Positions 1-13,061 of a DNA stretch of 64,000 nucleotides are shown here, one piece after another. The first letter of the stretch is position 1, and each line of letters begins with the position of its first letter. The position numbers and the translations under genes are program-made. The DNA comes from Sphaerodactylus townsendi. Its lineage: Eukaryota. The stretch covers positions 24,428,001 to 24,492,000 of the forward strand of contig NC_059440.1 of the NCBI RefSeq assembly GCF_021028975.2, given 5' to 3'. The notes beneath the pieces were generated by a model. It made no database searches. It saw only the letters and a program-made list of their open reading frames with translations, and was not told the DNA's origin.

Positions 1-146
1 GACCTGCAAGTCGCGCCGTAATAGCTGTTTCCAATACGAGGAAGCGAGCGGAACTACCTCCTGAGCAGGTGAAAGCACCGGAAGGCACCCCTCTCGAAGG
101 ACCAACAGGAGCTTCACAGCCAGGCCCCGGGAAAGACGAACTGTAG
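1..146 (+). CDS. P3H1: 3' end (last coding exon, 5'-partial) of prolyl 3-hydroxylase 1 (leprecan)
   Basis: Open frame 3..146 reads PASRAVIAVSNTRKRAELPPEQVKAPEGTPLEGPTGASQPGPGKDEL*, ending in the ER-retention signal KDEL. P3H1 ends in KDEL and lies directly upstream of CLDN19 on the same strand in human. Candidate ATTAAA at 765-770. Identity rests on KDEL plus synteny only. Confidence 0.72.
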   Translation, partial: PASRAVIAVSNTRKRAELPPEQVKAPEGTPLEGPTGASQPGPGKDEL

Positions 147-1597
147 TTCTCTGCCGCCTCTAACAGTATCCGGCTGGGTTTGATCCAGGGTTTGATCCAA
201 GGAGGACCAGGGCATTTGGAACCGCTGTGGACAGCATTCTGTGGATGGGGGCCCTCTTTTGGCATACAAAACAGATGGACTGTAGCCGCCTCCCAAGGAA
301 CAGGAGCAGGGTGCTTCTCTGGCCCCTGCTGAAATACTTGGGAACAGGACTCAGGAGAAGAGAACATTTTCTGTTGCCTTTCTCTCCCTTGCAACAGGAT
401 ACATCTCCCCCATCCCCCACAAGTGCCTTATCTTGTCCCTAAGCAAAACCCTTCAACACAGCTCCTTCCCCACCAAAGTGTCTTCAGGGCTGGGATGAAC
501 CCCGGCTTCTACACAAAGAGCAGTAGCCATAGATAGAGCCACGCCAGTTACCTGCTACCAGATGCAGAGTTGGAAAAGGGGAGCAGATGAAGGTCTTGTG
601 CTTGGATCAGAGTTCTAATCTCGGCTCAGCTATGATGAAGCCTACCTCCCAGGGCTGTTGTGAGGATAAAGTGGGATACCCGACACCTACTGCCTGAGCT
701 CCATGGGAAAGAAATGTAATCAGATAAGGGGACTGCCACTGTCTGTTACCTTTCGTGTTGGTAAATTAAAACAAACCAGTTGTTTTGAATAACTGACGTA
801 AGAAATGGGTCGATGATTGTGTCAGATTTGGGAGGACTTGGGTGCAGGTCCCCGCACCACTTTGTGATTCTGAGCGAATTCAAAACAACGTTTAAAACTT
901 TTAAGACAGCTTTAAAAGAACATTAAAACCATTTAAAACAACTGTAAAAGAGGAACGTTACGGTATCACAATTGCCTACAAATCAGGCTTCAAGGGGCAA
1001 TGTCGTTTTCAGTTGGAGCCTCATTATGCACTGTCATTCTAAATGAGCTGTAAAAGAGGCGGCTGGGGGACGCTCAGCTCCCCCCCCCCCCGCCCGATAC
1101 ACAAACATCAAAGGGCGCTGAGTAGTATAAACCCACCGAGGTTAAAAAAATTCTAAACGATAAGGGCTAAAAGGGTGAAAAACATTAAAACTTATCTTGG
1201 AAGGTGGGAGAGCTCCGCCGGGAACAGCCTCTCAGCAGGCGGAAAACCCTTCTGAGCGAATTGCTGTTAGCCTTGCCTACCTCACAGGGTTGCTGGGAGG
1301 ATTAGCCACACTGGTTAACCTGAGCTGCTTGTGAGGAAGAGCACAGTCAAAAGGTGTTTAAGGAAGGTATGTCGTATGAGGAGACCTAAGTTTCTGACCT
1401 GAAAAACAACTTATTCAGCTTCTCCTTTGCTGAGACAGAATAAAAACGGAATGATTCCCTCACTGTAATTAAGTGTCTGATGGCTACGGAGAAACATTTA
1501 CTTCTTTTATCATCCAACCTTTCTTGCTGGGACTTAAGATGGATTACAGGGTTATAAAAATAGTGCAACCACGCCCAGTCAAACACATACAGTAAAC

Positions 1598-1871
1598 CGG
1601 GGTCCCCCAACTTGGTGTTTTAAGAGCGTAGGCTAATTGACTATTGGAAATTTGATTTGCTGCCCAGATTTTTTTTGTAATGTTGCTTTGGAAGCCGTTG
1701 TCACTAAGGCATAAGGGTCCACACTGTGCGATTGAAGCCAAGCTACGTCAATCATTTTGTGTCTGGCTCCGCCTCCTGCGGCAGCCATTTTTGTCGCTGT
1801 CCCCCCCGCCCCCTCTGTTCTGTGTCAAAAACTCAAATGTCTCTGCAGGGTCATAAAGATTGGGGACCCTG
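1598..1871. mobile_element. Old hAT-like MITE
   Basis: Inverted ends GGGGTCCCCCAA / TTGGGGACCCTG; imperfect 8-bp TSD. Confidence 0.5.
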
Positions 1872-3036
1872 CAGTGAAAAACACAATAAAACTGGACCAG
1901 GGCAATGAAAGAACACGGAAATTAAGACCAGTATAATTCAGCAAATGAAACACCGTGTGCAGGAGGAGGAGGAGAAACTGTCTACAATTTTCACAGGCAT
2001 GTCACATGACGACCTTTTTAGCTGCAGAAAAGCTGGTCTCTTTTGCAACCTCGTTCCTTTCGGCTCTGATCTCTCACCTTCTACAGCTTCTACCTGGAAA
2101 GGTGGCGCAGGTGGCCTCCACAAGCAGGGATTTGGAAGTTAGGGTCCAGCAGGCGTGAGCCAGAGCCACAAACAGCTCTGGGGGCTCTGTGCTGAAGAAT
2201 CCATTTCCCCTTTCCCTGTGCAACCCCCCCCCCCCTCCATCCCATACGCCGCCCCGTCCCATTCACACTGCACTGGAAATGTTTAACGCTCCCTTCTCAT
2301 TAGCAACCCTACTCACGCCTGTGCGTTTTCAGAATTCATTATCCGCACACCGTCCTTTTTACGTGCAAGGAGAGGGCAGATCCTTCCAACTGGATCCCAG
2401 GTAACCTCCGCTAGGGGAGGGCAAGGGCCTTCTTGCTTGCCCCCCCCCCCTCGTCTCTCGTGGAACAGATTTGCTCCCCTCCTCCAAATTTCCTTGTGAC
2501 TTAGTAGCAGAATGCTTTCTATTAGCAGCGCCACCCTGTCCCAGGTGGTTCCGGTCTAAAGCCATGGAAATGGGCAATCTTAAATTGGAGTAACTCTGCA
2601 GAGGAGTGTATTGTTGGTGTCTTTGGCCGACAGCCGGAGCAAAAATTTAGCCTTGAAACTAACCAGGAAAGCTGCTTGTTCAAAGTCCCTGAACAAGGGT
2701 TACTTTTTTTTTTGCCTTATATATAAGGAATCAAAAGTAAGAGAGGTTTTTTAAAATAATATTGAAAACTCCTACAGGGTGAATATTAATTTGAAATTTT
2801 CCATTTCTGTACATCACAAATACCTACTTCTCAACAAACTTCTTTCTATTATTGATTTGAAAGTTTTATCAACAATATAAGAGCGAACTGAAGCAGAGCT
2901 GTGATCTCACTCAGCCAGCAGAGATGTTCCCAAGATCCCACCCACTATAACAGACTCTGGCCGTGCTGTTGTCATAGAGAAGAGAAACCTCCAGAGCCAG
3001 ATTTCAGGTGTAGTGATTGGATCGTCGAATTAGGAT

Positions 3037-3775
3037 CTGGGGATAATTAGGAAAGGAATTGAGAATTAGGAAAGGAATTCAGAATAAAACTGCAAGGATT
3101 GTCATGCCCTTATATAAAGCAGTGGTGCGACCGCACTTGGAGTACTGTGTTCAGTTCTGGTCGCCACATCTCAAAAAGGATATTGAAGAGATAGAAAAAG
3201 TGCAGAGAAGGGCAACGAGGATGATTGAGGGACTGGAGCACCTTCCTTATGAGGAGAGGCTGCAGCGTTTGGGACTCTTTAGTTTGGAGAGGAGACGTCT
3301 GAGGGGGGATATGATTGAAGTCTATAAAATTATGCATGGGGTAGAAAATGTTGACAGAGAGAAATTTTTATCTCTTTCTCACAATACTAGAACCAGGGGG
3401 CATACATTGAAAATGCTGGGGGGAAGAATTAGGATTAATAAAAGGAAACACTTCTTCACGCAACGTATGATTGGTGTTTGGAATATGCTGCCACAGGAGG
3501 TGGTGATGGCCACTAACCTGGATAGCTTTAAAAGGGGCTTGGACAGATTTATGGAGGAGAAGTCGTTCTATGGCTACCAATCTTGATCCTCCTTGATCTC
3601 AGATTGCAAATGCCTTAACAGACCAGGTGATCGGGAGCAACAGCCGCAGAAGGCCTTTGCTTTCACCTCCTGCATGTGAGCTCCCAAAGGCACCTGGTGG
3701 GCAACTGCGAGTAGCAGAGGGCTGGACTAGATGGACTCTGGTCTGATCCAGCTGGCTTGTTCTTATGTTCTTATG
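3037..3775 (+). mobile_element. 5'-truncated CR1 LINE (RT C-terminus, 3'UTR, (TTCTTATG)n tail)
   Basis: ORF 3059-3586 (VRPHLEYCVQFWSPH...LERRRLRGDMIEVYK...TRTRGH) is the typical CR1 ORF2 end. Confidence 0.93.
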
Positions 3776-4377
3776 GGGCTGCCATCAGCCTTCGCTAAAC
3801 CGTCTCCAAGGGCAGCCCCAGAAAGAACAGTAGTGTCCTCTTTTTTTCGAGCGGTTTGGCAGCTTTCTCAAAGGCAGCCCGGGAGAGCGTTTTTGCAAAC
3901 TGCTTTCAGCAGGAATGTGCCAGGCCACGGTTGGATTCCGGCCTCAGTCCAAGTGGCCCGTTCAAGGGGGGCAGCCAAAATTCCACGGGCCGATGTTTGC
4001 ACCCCTATGCGGGGAAAAAGGCATTCTTCTTTTTACACATGCGCTAGGGAGGGGGATAAATGTAATCGGCAGGAAACCAAACACTCCGAGCCATCTTGTG
4101 TCAATGAAGTTTTTTGTTTACAAATGCAGCCTACTCAGATTCCTGCCCAAATGCCAAACAGCCCCCACGAACAGCCAGCACAAAGCAAGCCTTGGACAGG
4201 GAGCAACGGGAAAGGTTACTCTCATTAGTATGCCGCTCAGGCATGCTTTTCAGACAAATGGCAACGGCCGGGCAAGAGCGAGAGTGTTTAGACGGCCCGA
4301 TCCCGCCAGGTGCACCACGTTGAGCCTCCTGTGCTGCCAATCTTTGGGGATCACGTTGCCGCTTAGTGCACCTAAAT

Positions 4378-4678
4378 GAAGAAGGAGAAGAGTTTGGATT
4401 TATACCCCCCTTTTTCTCCTGTAAGGAGACTCAAAGGGGCTTACAAACTCCTTTCCCTTCCCCCCCCCCCAACAAACACCTTGTGAGGTGGGTGGGGCTG
4501 AGAGAGTTCCGAAGAACTGTGACTAGCCCAAGGTCACCCAACGGGTGTGTCTTGGAGTGCACAAGCTAATCTGGTTCACCAGATAAGCCTTCCCAGCTCA
4601 AGTGGCAGAGTGGGCGATCAAACCCGGTTCTCCAGATTAGAGTGCACCTGCTCTTCACCACTACACCACGCTGGCTCT
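4378..4678 (-). mobile_element. tRNA-derived CORE SINE (Squam3-like), ~300 bp
   Basis: Head with A/B boxes (GTGGTGTAGTGG...GGTTTGAT.CC), CORE GTGACCTTGGGCTAGTCAC, (CTT)n tail. About 20 copies in the window. Confidence 0.85.
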
Positions 4679-4960
4679 CTATGCCTGTGGATCATCCGTG
4701 GCACACCTGGGAAAGCTACCTGCAGGGCACATTTGGCCAAGCCCAAGACACTGATCCATACCCAGATGCAAAAGCCAGAGGGAATCTTGGGCTAGGATCC
4801 AAAAGAGCATGCATGACCTCTGAGTAAATAAGTGCCACGTGAAGAGCTGGCTACATTTAACTAATTTCACAATTGGGGCTATAGTCTGCAAGACACCCCC
4901 ACTCCCGCCCCCACCTATACAGGCATCTGACTACTGTTTCTCTGCTCAGTCCTTGAAACC

Positions 4961-5259
4961 ACCAGCATGGTGTGGTTAAGAGCAGGTGCGTTCTAATCTG
5001 GAGAACTGGGTCTGACTCCCCCGTTCTGCCACTTGAGCTGTGGAGGCTTAACTGGGGAACCAGATTAGCTTGTGCACTCCAACACATGCCAGCTGGGTGA
5101 CCTTGGGCTAGTCACAGTTCTTTGGAGCTCCCTCAGCCCTACCCCCCCCCCCCCCGTATTTGTTGTGGGGAAGGGAAAAGAACTTGTAAGCCCTTTTGAG
5201 TCTCCTTACAGGAGAGAAAGGAGGGGGGGGGGATATAAATCCAAACTCTTTTCTTCTTT
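4961..5259 (+). mobile_element. tRNA-derived CORE SINE
   Basis: Full-length copy of the same family. Confidence 0.85.
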
Positions 5260-5279
5260 AGTCTCGTGCCTTGAAAACC

Positions 5280-5930
5280 CGACGGGGCTCCCACAGACGA
5301 CTTTGGCAGCGCTCGACTCCCAGTTTGCAGAAATCCTGAGTTAGCCCACCCTGCTCCCCAGCAAAAGACGGCGGGGGTGGGTGGGGGAAGGCAGTTAAGC
5401 CGGCGCCCCTCCCTCCTCCCGCTCCAGAGCCAGCCTAGCAGCGTGGGAGGGAGCGGGCCGGCGCGGTGCCCGGGCAGGGGCGGCCCCTGGCATCGCGGTG
5501 CCCGGTCGGAGAGGCCAGCTGGCTGCCTGTCGCCTGCCTCGCTCGCTCGGTTGTCCGTCCGTCCCGTCGGATCCTGTCGGTGCCGTCGGTCGCGGGGGGG
5601 TCCCGATGGCCAGCGCGGGCTTGCAGCTGGTGGGCTACTTCCTGGCGCTAGCCGGCTGGGTGGCCACCATCTGCGCCTCGGCCCTGCCTCAGTGGAAGCA
5701 GAGCTCGTACGCCGGGGACGCCATCATCACGGCCGTGGGGCTGTACGAGGGTCTCTGGATGAGTTGCGCTTCGCAGAGCACTGGCCAGGTCCAGTGCAAG
5801 CTGCACGAGTCCCTGCTGTCGCTCGACGGTGCGTCCGCCGCGGGGGTGGAAGGGGCCGGGGCGGGAGGGAGGCCGAACGGGGAGCTGGGTTGGTGGGGGG
5901 CGCCTCTTGCCCGGGGGGGGGGGGGGGGAA
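5280..5930 (+). promoter_or_regulatory. CpG island / promoter of CLDN19
   Basis: Sharp rise in GC and CpG content spanning the upstream region and exon 1. Confidence 0.7.
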
Positions 5931-8900
5931 GTTGCAGCAAAAGAATGGGGAGTATGGACTGCCAGCCAGGACCCATTGGGTTGGAGTTGCACTCGCCTCC
6001 TCCTGCATGAGTTGGCCAGTTTTAACAGGGTCTTTTGACAGCATCCCAAATGGGATCAGGGGTCTCCAGTGGGGTTAAGAGGGGTGGGCTGTAAGGTGGA
6101 GGAACAGGGTTTGATTCCTCACTCATCCACATGAGCTGCAGAGACATATCTGGTGGACCGGATTTGTTTCCGCACTCCTACATTCCTGCTGGGTGACCTT
6201 GGGCCAGTCACAGTTCTCTCTGAACTCTCTCAAGCCCCACCTGCCTCACAAGGTGTCTGCTGTGGGGAGAGGGAGTTTGTCAGCCACTGAGTTTCCTTGC
6301 AGGAGAGAAAAGCAGGGTATAACAAAGTCGTGATGGGGCAGTGGGGGGGAGGGGCGGGGGAGGGCAGAGGGCTTGCTTGCCTGCCAAACTATTCACCTGA
6401 GGCGTGATAAAATTGGCATCATTCATCACTGACATGTCTTTTTAGAAAGATAGATTAAAATGCTTCTCTGAAATTAGCAAGGGAGTGTGTGTGTGGGAGG
6501 TGTGCGTGCATGCGTGTGTGTGTGTTTGACAAACTGAAATTAACCTGAGTGGGGAGAAGTACTCTACCGGTGCTGTTGAAGTTCTGGGATTGGAAATCCT
6601 GGGTTTTTTTTTTTTTTTAACCTTTGCATCAACAGCAAGGGGGAAGACCAAATCTAGGCCCCTTCCGCACATGCAGAATGATGCCCTTGCAATCCACTTC
6701 CAATGCACTTTGCAGCTGGATTTTACTGTGCGGAATAGCCAGATCCACTTGCAAACAATTGGGAAAGTGGATTGAAAGTGCATTATTCTGCATGTGCGGA
6801 AGGGGCCTTAGAGCAGCAGCATGATGCTGGTCGTGGAAGGGTTAATCTGACCTGTGCTGCCCCCTCTCTCTGTTGTTTTTAGCCCAGCAGAGAAAACAAG
6901 ACAGGTGTCTGCAACCCTTCCCCCCTTGAGGAGCTAAATGCACAAGGAGAGCAATTTTAATCAGGAAAACTGGGCAGGGGAGTTCCCTCCCTCCCCCATC
7001 TACAAATCCCCCCCCCCATGATCTACAAATCCCCTTATCTGTATCAAGAGTTGCAACCATAGACTCCCACCAGCATAATTTTGGTCCTGCAAAATTAAAG
7101 TCAGCTGAACAGTTGTTTGCCTGCCTCCCCTGGAAGTTGCAAAGACTGGGTTTGTGCTTTGCTTCTTTCCTTCGCTTTGCAGTTCATATGCAGACTTCGA
7201 GAGCTCTAATGGTGGTCTCCATTCTGCTGGGCTTTGTGGGGGTCGTCGTCAGCGTGATTGGAATGAAGTGTACCAAAGTCGGGGACAAGAACCCCGTGAC
7301 CAAAAGCTGGATTGCCGTCTTGGGTGGAGTCTTCTTCCTGCTCGCAGGTAAACCAGAATTCCCTGCACCGTCCTACAGTGTGTGTGTTGTGACCGCTAGA
7401 ATGCTGACTTAAAGACAAGGAAAACCTGGCTTCAAAATCCTAGCGACGTGCATGGCTTTGGGCTACATTTTCTCAAGATGTCCTACCTTGCAGGGTTGTC
7501 ATAAAATGAGGAGGGAAGGGTTTGTGGGGGTAAGATGAGAAAATAATTAGACAGGTGTGAGCTTGTGTAACTGAGGCATGTTGGTTTTTCAACCGAACCC
7601 CTGAAAATGCTGTTAATTATAAAACCAGGTCAAGTTGTCCACCGATCTGAACATTAGCATAGAGAATCTACACAGAGAAGAGTGTAATCAGGTCATAATT
7701 CAGTAATTTGAAGGACAAATGTTGTCTTGAACACGGACATTCACTTGTCTGTGGCTCACCTAAAATTTATCTTGAATTTCTTAACTCCTCCCAACCGCAG
7801 TTTGCTTTACATCTAAAATTCCCAGAGATTTTGCTGTGCAATAGGTTTGATGAAAATTCAGCACATGTTCATGAAACATTCAGGCGCCAAGCTTCCATTA
7901 AAAAAGTGAATGGAAGTACGAGCAAGTTGCGCACCAATGGATAGTCAATGAAATAGGTCTTTACCATGAGATGCTTGAAAAGGTAAAGGTTGTCCCCTAC
8001 TCAAGCACCAGGGTCATTGTTGACCCATAGAATGACGTGACATCATGTCTACCCAAAGAAAAATTAGCTACTGCCTGCCAGCTGAAAACATCCTCATAGT
8101 CAGCAGTACAGCTAGTATGGCCCCTTCCACACACGCAGAATAATGCACATTCAATCCACTTTCACAGTTGTTTGAAAGTGGATTTTGCTATTCCGCATAG
8201 TAAAATCCAGCTTCAAAGTGCATTGGAAGTGGATTGAAAGTGAATTATTCTGCATGCGCAGAAGGGGCCTATAGTTGTCGGAAACCCTGAGGAGGAGGGA
8301 GGGATACAAAAAAAAAGGAAAAGGAGGGAATTTTTTCCCTGCTTACATATTTATTTTGATAGTGATCATTTCTCCCTTTCTTGACCAATCGTAAAATAAT
8401 GCAATTATGCCATTTTTTTTTAAAAAAGGGACTTCAAAAATAGTCCATAGCGTAACAAAAAATCAACATATTTGACATGGAAGGAGTTTTATATTTTTTT
8501 GCTTTTTATGGTATACCGGAGTGCTGTTGTGCTTCTGTGGAAAAGCAGAAAACAAGTTAATAAAATGTTTTGCCGTTCACTGCCTTCAAACAGAAGGGCT
8601 CTTGGAACGCGCAGATCTTTTCAAAGAACAAAGAAATCCTTTTTAAAAAACCTTCAATTTAAGAGAAGAGTTAAAGGCACTTATTACCTCAATTATGCGC
8701 CCCCACCCCCACCCAAAAAAGAACTTGCACATGAAAAATTCCACTGTAATTCTGTATCCTGTGAGGGCAATGTTGAGGTTATGTAGTCCAACATTGTCAT
8801 TACAGTAGTATTACAAAATAATAGTCATTAAACAAATGGAAAAAGATGAAGGAACAGACGTGCAGCAAAATAAAAACATACCTGTTTTCAAGCCCCCTTC

Positions 8901-11900
8901 CTTCTATTTACTTACTCCTGCCAGAGCTGTTAGTTCAGCACATTATACGTAAATGTCAGCAAACCCCAAGAAACAGGGTCACTAGTTTCAAGGTGTGGCC
9001 TAGAAAGGCAACTTCAGTTCCCTAGAGGAAATATCAGCTTCCAAAGAAGGGGAGGGGGATACAGCATCACCACAACACTGAGATCCCTTCCCTCCCTGAA
9101 TATTGTCCTTCCCACCACCAGAATTTCCCAAGCCCAACTTGGCGACTTACCCAGAAAGGAAGAGGCAATTCATTACACTACAAGTCACAAAATGGTCATT
9201 AAAGACATCACATCTTGGCAGTTGCTAAAACCATGTCCAACCACTTAACTTTTTCAGCTCAGCCTAAAGAAATGTGTTTTCAAGATGGCAGCTGCCATGG
9301 CCTGATTGCCGCTTGCTCAGAGGCTTAGTAAGGGCAGTAGGCCCAGCAGTGTTCTGTGGCTGATGTTTCACATTGCCATACCCCTTGCTGCTTAACGATT
9401 TATTGGCTGATGAAGAGGAAGGACAGATTGGTAAGCATAGGAAAGTAGCAGCCACTGCCTTTTTGGCACAGTGGGTCCTGAGCAGGAGCAATCTATCTGA
9501 GCAGTGGGGATTTTAGCAGCACTGAAAGCTGACAAGCCATCTGGGCCAATGCTAGAGTGTGTATGGAGACTATAACTTACGTTGATATCGCTTGAAAGCC
9601 AGCGTGGTGTAGTGGTTAAAAGCAGGTGCACTCTAATCTGGAGAACTGGGTTTGATCCCCCGGTTTGCCACTTGAGCTGTGGAGGCTTATCTGGTGAACC
9701 AGATTAGTTTGTGCATTCCAACACATGCCAGCACATGACCTTGGGCTAGTCACAGTTCTTTGGAGCTCTCTCAGCCTCACCCACCTCACAGGGTGTTTTT
9801 TGTGTGGTGGGTGGGGGGAAGGAAAAGGAGATTGTAAGTCCCTTTGAGTCTCCTTGCAGGAGAGAAAGGGGGGATATAAATCCAACTCTTCTTCTTCTTT
9901 TGGTGCTGAGATCAGAAAAGCTACACAGTGCCGTTCTAATTACAGTTGTAGCTTTCTAAAACCCAAATTACCCCTTAGGATTCGTAATGTGTAGTGTCTT
10001 GATAGCCCATCCCCCCCATACACACAGCTTTGTCTGAAATAGTCCAAGATCAGATGCAAGAGAATGCATTTCCCAAATGCACATACTCTGTACCACTGAG
10101 GCCCCTTCCGCACACGCAGAACAATGCACTTTCAATCCACTTACAGCGCACTTTGCAGCTGTGAGGAATAGCAACCTCCACTTGCAAACAATTGTGGAAG
10201 TGGACTGAAAGTGCATTATTCGGCATGTGCGGAAGGGGCCTGAGCCACTCCACCCCTTCAGCACCCTGCCTGCTTAAGCTATCAGGATCTAGGTAGCTAC
10301 TGTTAAATAGCTGCACAGGCCGGTTGAAAAATTGGCCATCTTGACTTTTTGAAGTCGAGCAACCATAACTGTGTTCTCTAAGGGGAAAAAATTTAGATAC
10401 TTTGAGTCTTCCTCTGTGTTCCCAGGTTTGTGCACAATGACGGCTGTTTCATGGTACGCGACACGAGTGACGGTCGAATTCTTTAATCCGAGCACGCCAG
10501 TTAATGCCAGGTGAATAAATGTCATGTCTAACCATTGCCAAAGGGAGGGCAGCGTGTTGGCCTTCTACAGGCCCAGTTTGGAATGGGGAATATGCAGAGT
10601 CAGTGTAGCCCTGACGACAGCAAATTCCTGCATTTAGACATGGGTGTTCCACAGTGATGTAGGAAAGAAATGCAAGAGATTGCAGTATAAGACACGAGCC
10701 GACGTCTGAATGCCCTGGGACAAAAACACGCTAATAGTTATTTACTCCACAAATCAACAACAAAGCTGAAAATCTAAAGAAATTACAAAAATGTGGCCAG
10801 AAGATAAATAGCAAAATATGAACAGTAAGAAAATATATACAATAACAAGAAAATATTTGCAGTACAACAACAACAGCCTTTGTTGGCACTGAACGTTAAA
10901 AGTTACAGACTTTGAGTCACGTATCCTCATAGCAATTGAGAGAAACTTGGCTACCCCCACTGTTGATATAATTTATTCAGTCGGTTGTAATGGGTGGTAA
11001 TTTATTACGGTATATTAATATGTTGTAATGTGTGACAATATATTGTTATTCCTGTAGATGTTTGTGTCTGTTTCTGTTTAATCTCCCATGGAGTAAATAA
11101 GAATTTGTGCATTATCACTGTTGGAAGCCATGAAGGAGCTAGAAAAAATTCCTAAGCGTAAGGATGTGTCGCTGGCAAAAAAGATCAAGTTAATTCCTGC
11201 CACGATGTTTATCCCTGTTTCTGTGTTTGGGTGTGAAACTGGACAACGCTGACAGGAAGAAAGTAGATTCCTCTGAAATGAAGTGTTGGAAGAGAGTGTG
11301 ACAGAGGCCCCTTCTGCACATGCAGAATAACACATTTTCAATCCGCTTTCAGTGCACTTTGCAGCTGTGCGGAAGAGCAAAATCCATTTGCAAACAGTTG
11401 TGAAAGTGGATTGAAAGTGCATTATTCTGCATGTGCAGAAGGGGTCAGATACCATGCAATGCCAAAAAATCAAATAAGTGGGGTCTAGATAAAATTAAGC
11501 CTGAACTCTCCCTAGAAGCTAAAAATGATTAAACAGGATTGTTGTGAATCAAAAGAGGAAGGCCAAAAATGTGATTGGTCCTTTGTCAAGAGATGCCCTC
11601 TGGCATGAGCAACCATTTCTCTACCACCAAACACACGAAGCCGAGACCAGCCACTGATCCAAACAGTCCACTTATATGATTGGCTCAATGATCCCCAAAT
11701 GATAGACGCATTCCAAAGTCTATTATGAAGGGTGTTTTTCCCCCCAGCTGTTCTACCTTTTTAACAGGAGATGCTCTGCGACTGAGCATGGAGTCTCCTG
11801 CATGCCCTCACCTGCTGAGCCATAATCTGGATGACCTTGGGATGCTGCTGTGCATCTTTTTAAGCGCAGCCAGCCAAGGTTACAGCTTGGTTTGCACTCG

Positions 11901-12081
11901 TTCAACCCTCTCTTTTTGCCGCAGGTATGAATTTGGGCCTGCTCTGTTCGTCGGATGGTCGGCGGCCAGTTTGACCCTGCTCGGAGGGTCTTTCTTGTCC
12001 TGTTCGTGCCCCAGACCGGAAGACAGAGGACAACAGTACTATCGACAAGCGCAGCCTTCGACGACTAGAGAGTATGTCTGA
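5606..12081 (+). CDS. CLDN19: Claudin-19 (209 aa)
   Basis: Exons 5606-5828, 7183-7347, 10426-10510, 11925-12081, all GT-AG, 630 nt in frame. Protein [18 protein letters not shown]...[39 protein letters not shown]...[23 protein letters not shown]...REYV matches the CLDN19 signature. ATTAAA at 12657-12662. Confidence 0.95.
6068..6322 (+). mobile_element. tRNA-derived CORE SINE, degenerate
   Basis: Same family, more diverged. Confidence 0.7.
6657..6807. mobile_element. PIF/Harbinger-type MITE (~140-150 bp, long TIRs)
   Basis: TIR GGCCCCTTCCGCACATGCAGAAT; 3-bp flanks CTA/TTA. Confidence 0.85.
8119..8269. mobile_element. PIF/Harbinger-type MITE
   Basis: Same TIRs, TSD TAT. Confidence 0.85.
9598..9900 (+). 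mobile_element. tRNA-derived CORE SINE
   Basis: Full-length copy. Confidence 0.85.
10100..10240. mobile_element. PIF/Harbinger-type MITE
   Basis: Same TIRs, TSD TGA. Confidence 0.85.
11100..11580 (+). mobile_element. Degenerate RTE/BovB-like LINE fragment interrupted by a MITE
   Basis: Decayed coding traces resembling 'CW.R...[20 protein letters not shown]'. Confidence 0.55.
11306..11446. mobile_element. PIF/Harbinger-type MITE
   Basis: Same TIRs, TSD AGA. Confidence 0.85.
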
Positions 12082-13061
12082 ACCTCGTTGCCCCTCTTTG
12101 CGGGAGGGTGGAAAGAGAAAGAGACGTTTGTTCTATGCAGCGGAGGATCCGAGCTGTGTCCTGCCTTCCTCCCAGACACGGAGGCATGATAATTTCTCAG
12201 GGTTTTTTTTCATTTGCTCTTCAAATTGGGTCCCAGGTGGTTCCTCTCTGCATCTGCAACCCTGTGGCACCCCAAGTTATGGGGAGGGGACCCAAGCAAC
12301 GGTTTGTGGGCTTGAAACTAACGGGCCTCTTCTTTTTCATTTTGTTTTCCTTGATCTTTCAGACCCACTGTAAAAAGGGGAGATCAGTGCCTATAATGTC
12401 TTCACTTCTGTCGGGGGGAAAGAAGTATTTATGTCCTGAGTATTCCCTTCAGAAAGTCCAAATATGGCTGTGTCAAGGAATTTTTTTTTTTTAACATAGC
12501 CCCAAAATCCATTTTCTATACTGGATTGAAAACTGAGGCTGGGATGTATTCTTCTTATAATTTAAACTTTGTATTAACTTTTCTACTGCACAGCGTCTAC
12601 TGCTTGACGGCTCTGAATTTCAGAACGCTTTTGGTTGTAATGGTTTGTACTAAAATATTAAAATGTGTTTTGGCAGTGGCCAGCTTTTTAAAATCTGTAC
12701 GTCTCTCATTTCTGTGGGTTTCTGGCCCACCTTTGGCTGGTGATGGGCAAACACAATTGTCCGCGCTAGAACCTAAAATGGCTTACATGTTTTCAAGCAT
12801 CTCCTACAAATCCTCAAAAACGCTCAACAGTAATTTGCAAGTGCTTGACGCGATGGTCGCAAAATGCAGGTATGTGCAAACGCATCCATGCAGTGGGAGC
12901 CATGACATGCCCTCCCATCCCATCCCTGGTCCACAAATCTTATCTTTCTGGGATCAAGTATGGAGGGTAGCTCTTACAGAGGGCAGCTTTAACAATGCCA
13001 TTGTGGCACAGTGGCTAGAGTGTTGGACTAAAATCCCAGGAGATGTAGTTCCTGGGAATGT

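Noticed and set aside
3059-3586. 175-aa ORF as a host gene
   Set aside because: CR1 reverse-transcriptase C-terminal fragment repeated four times in the window.
9598-9670. tRNA-like A/B-box heads
   Set aside because: No complete cloverleaf; each continues into the SINE CORE and tail.
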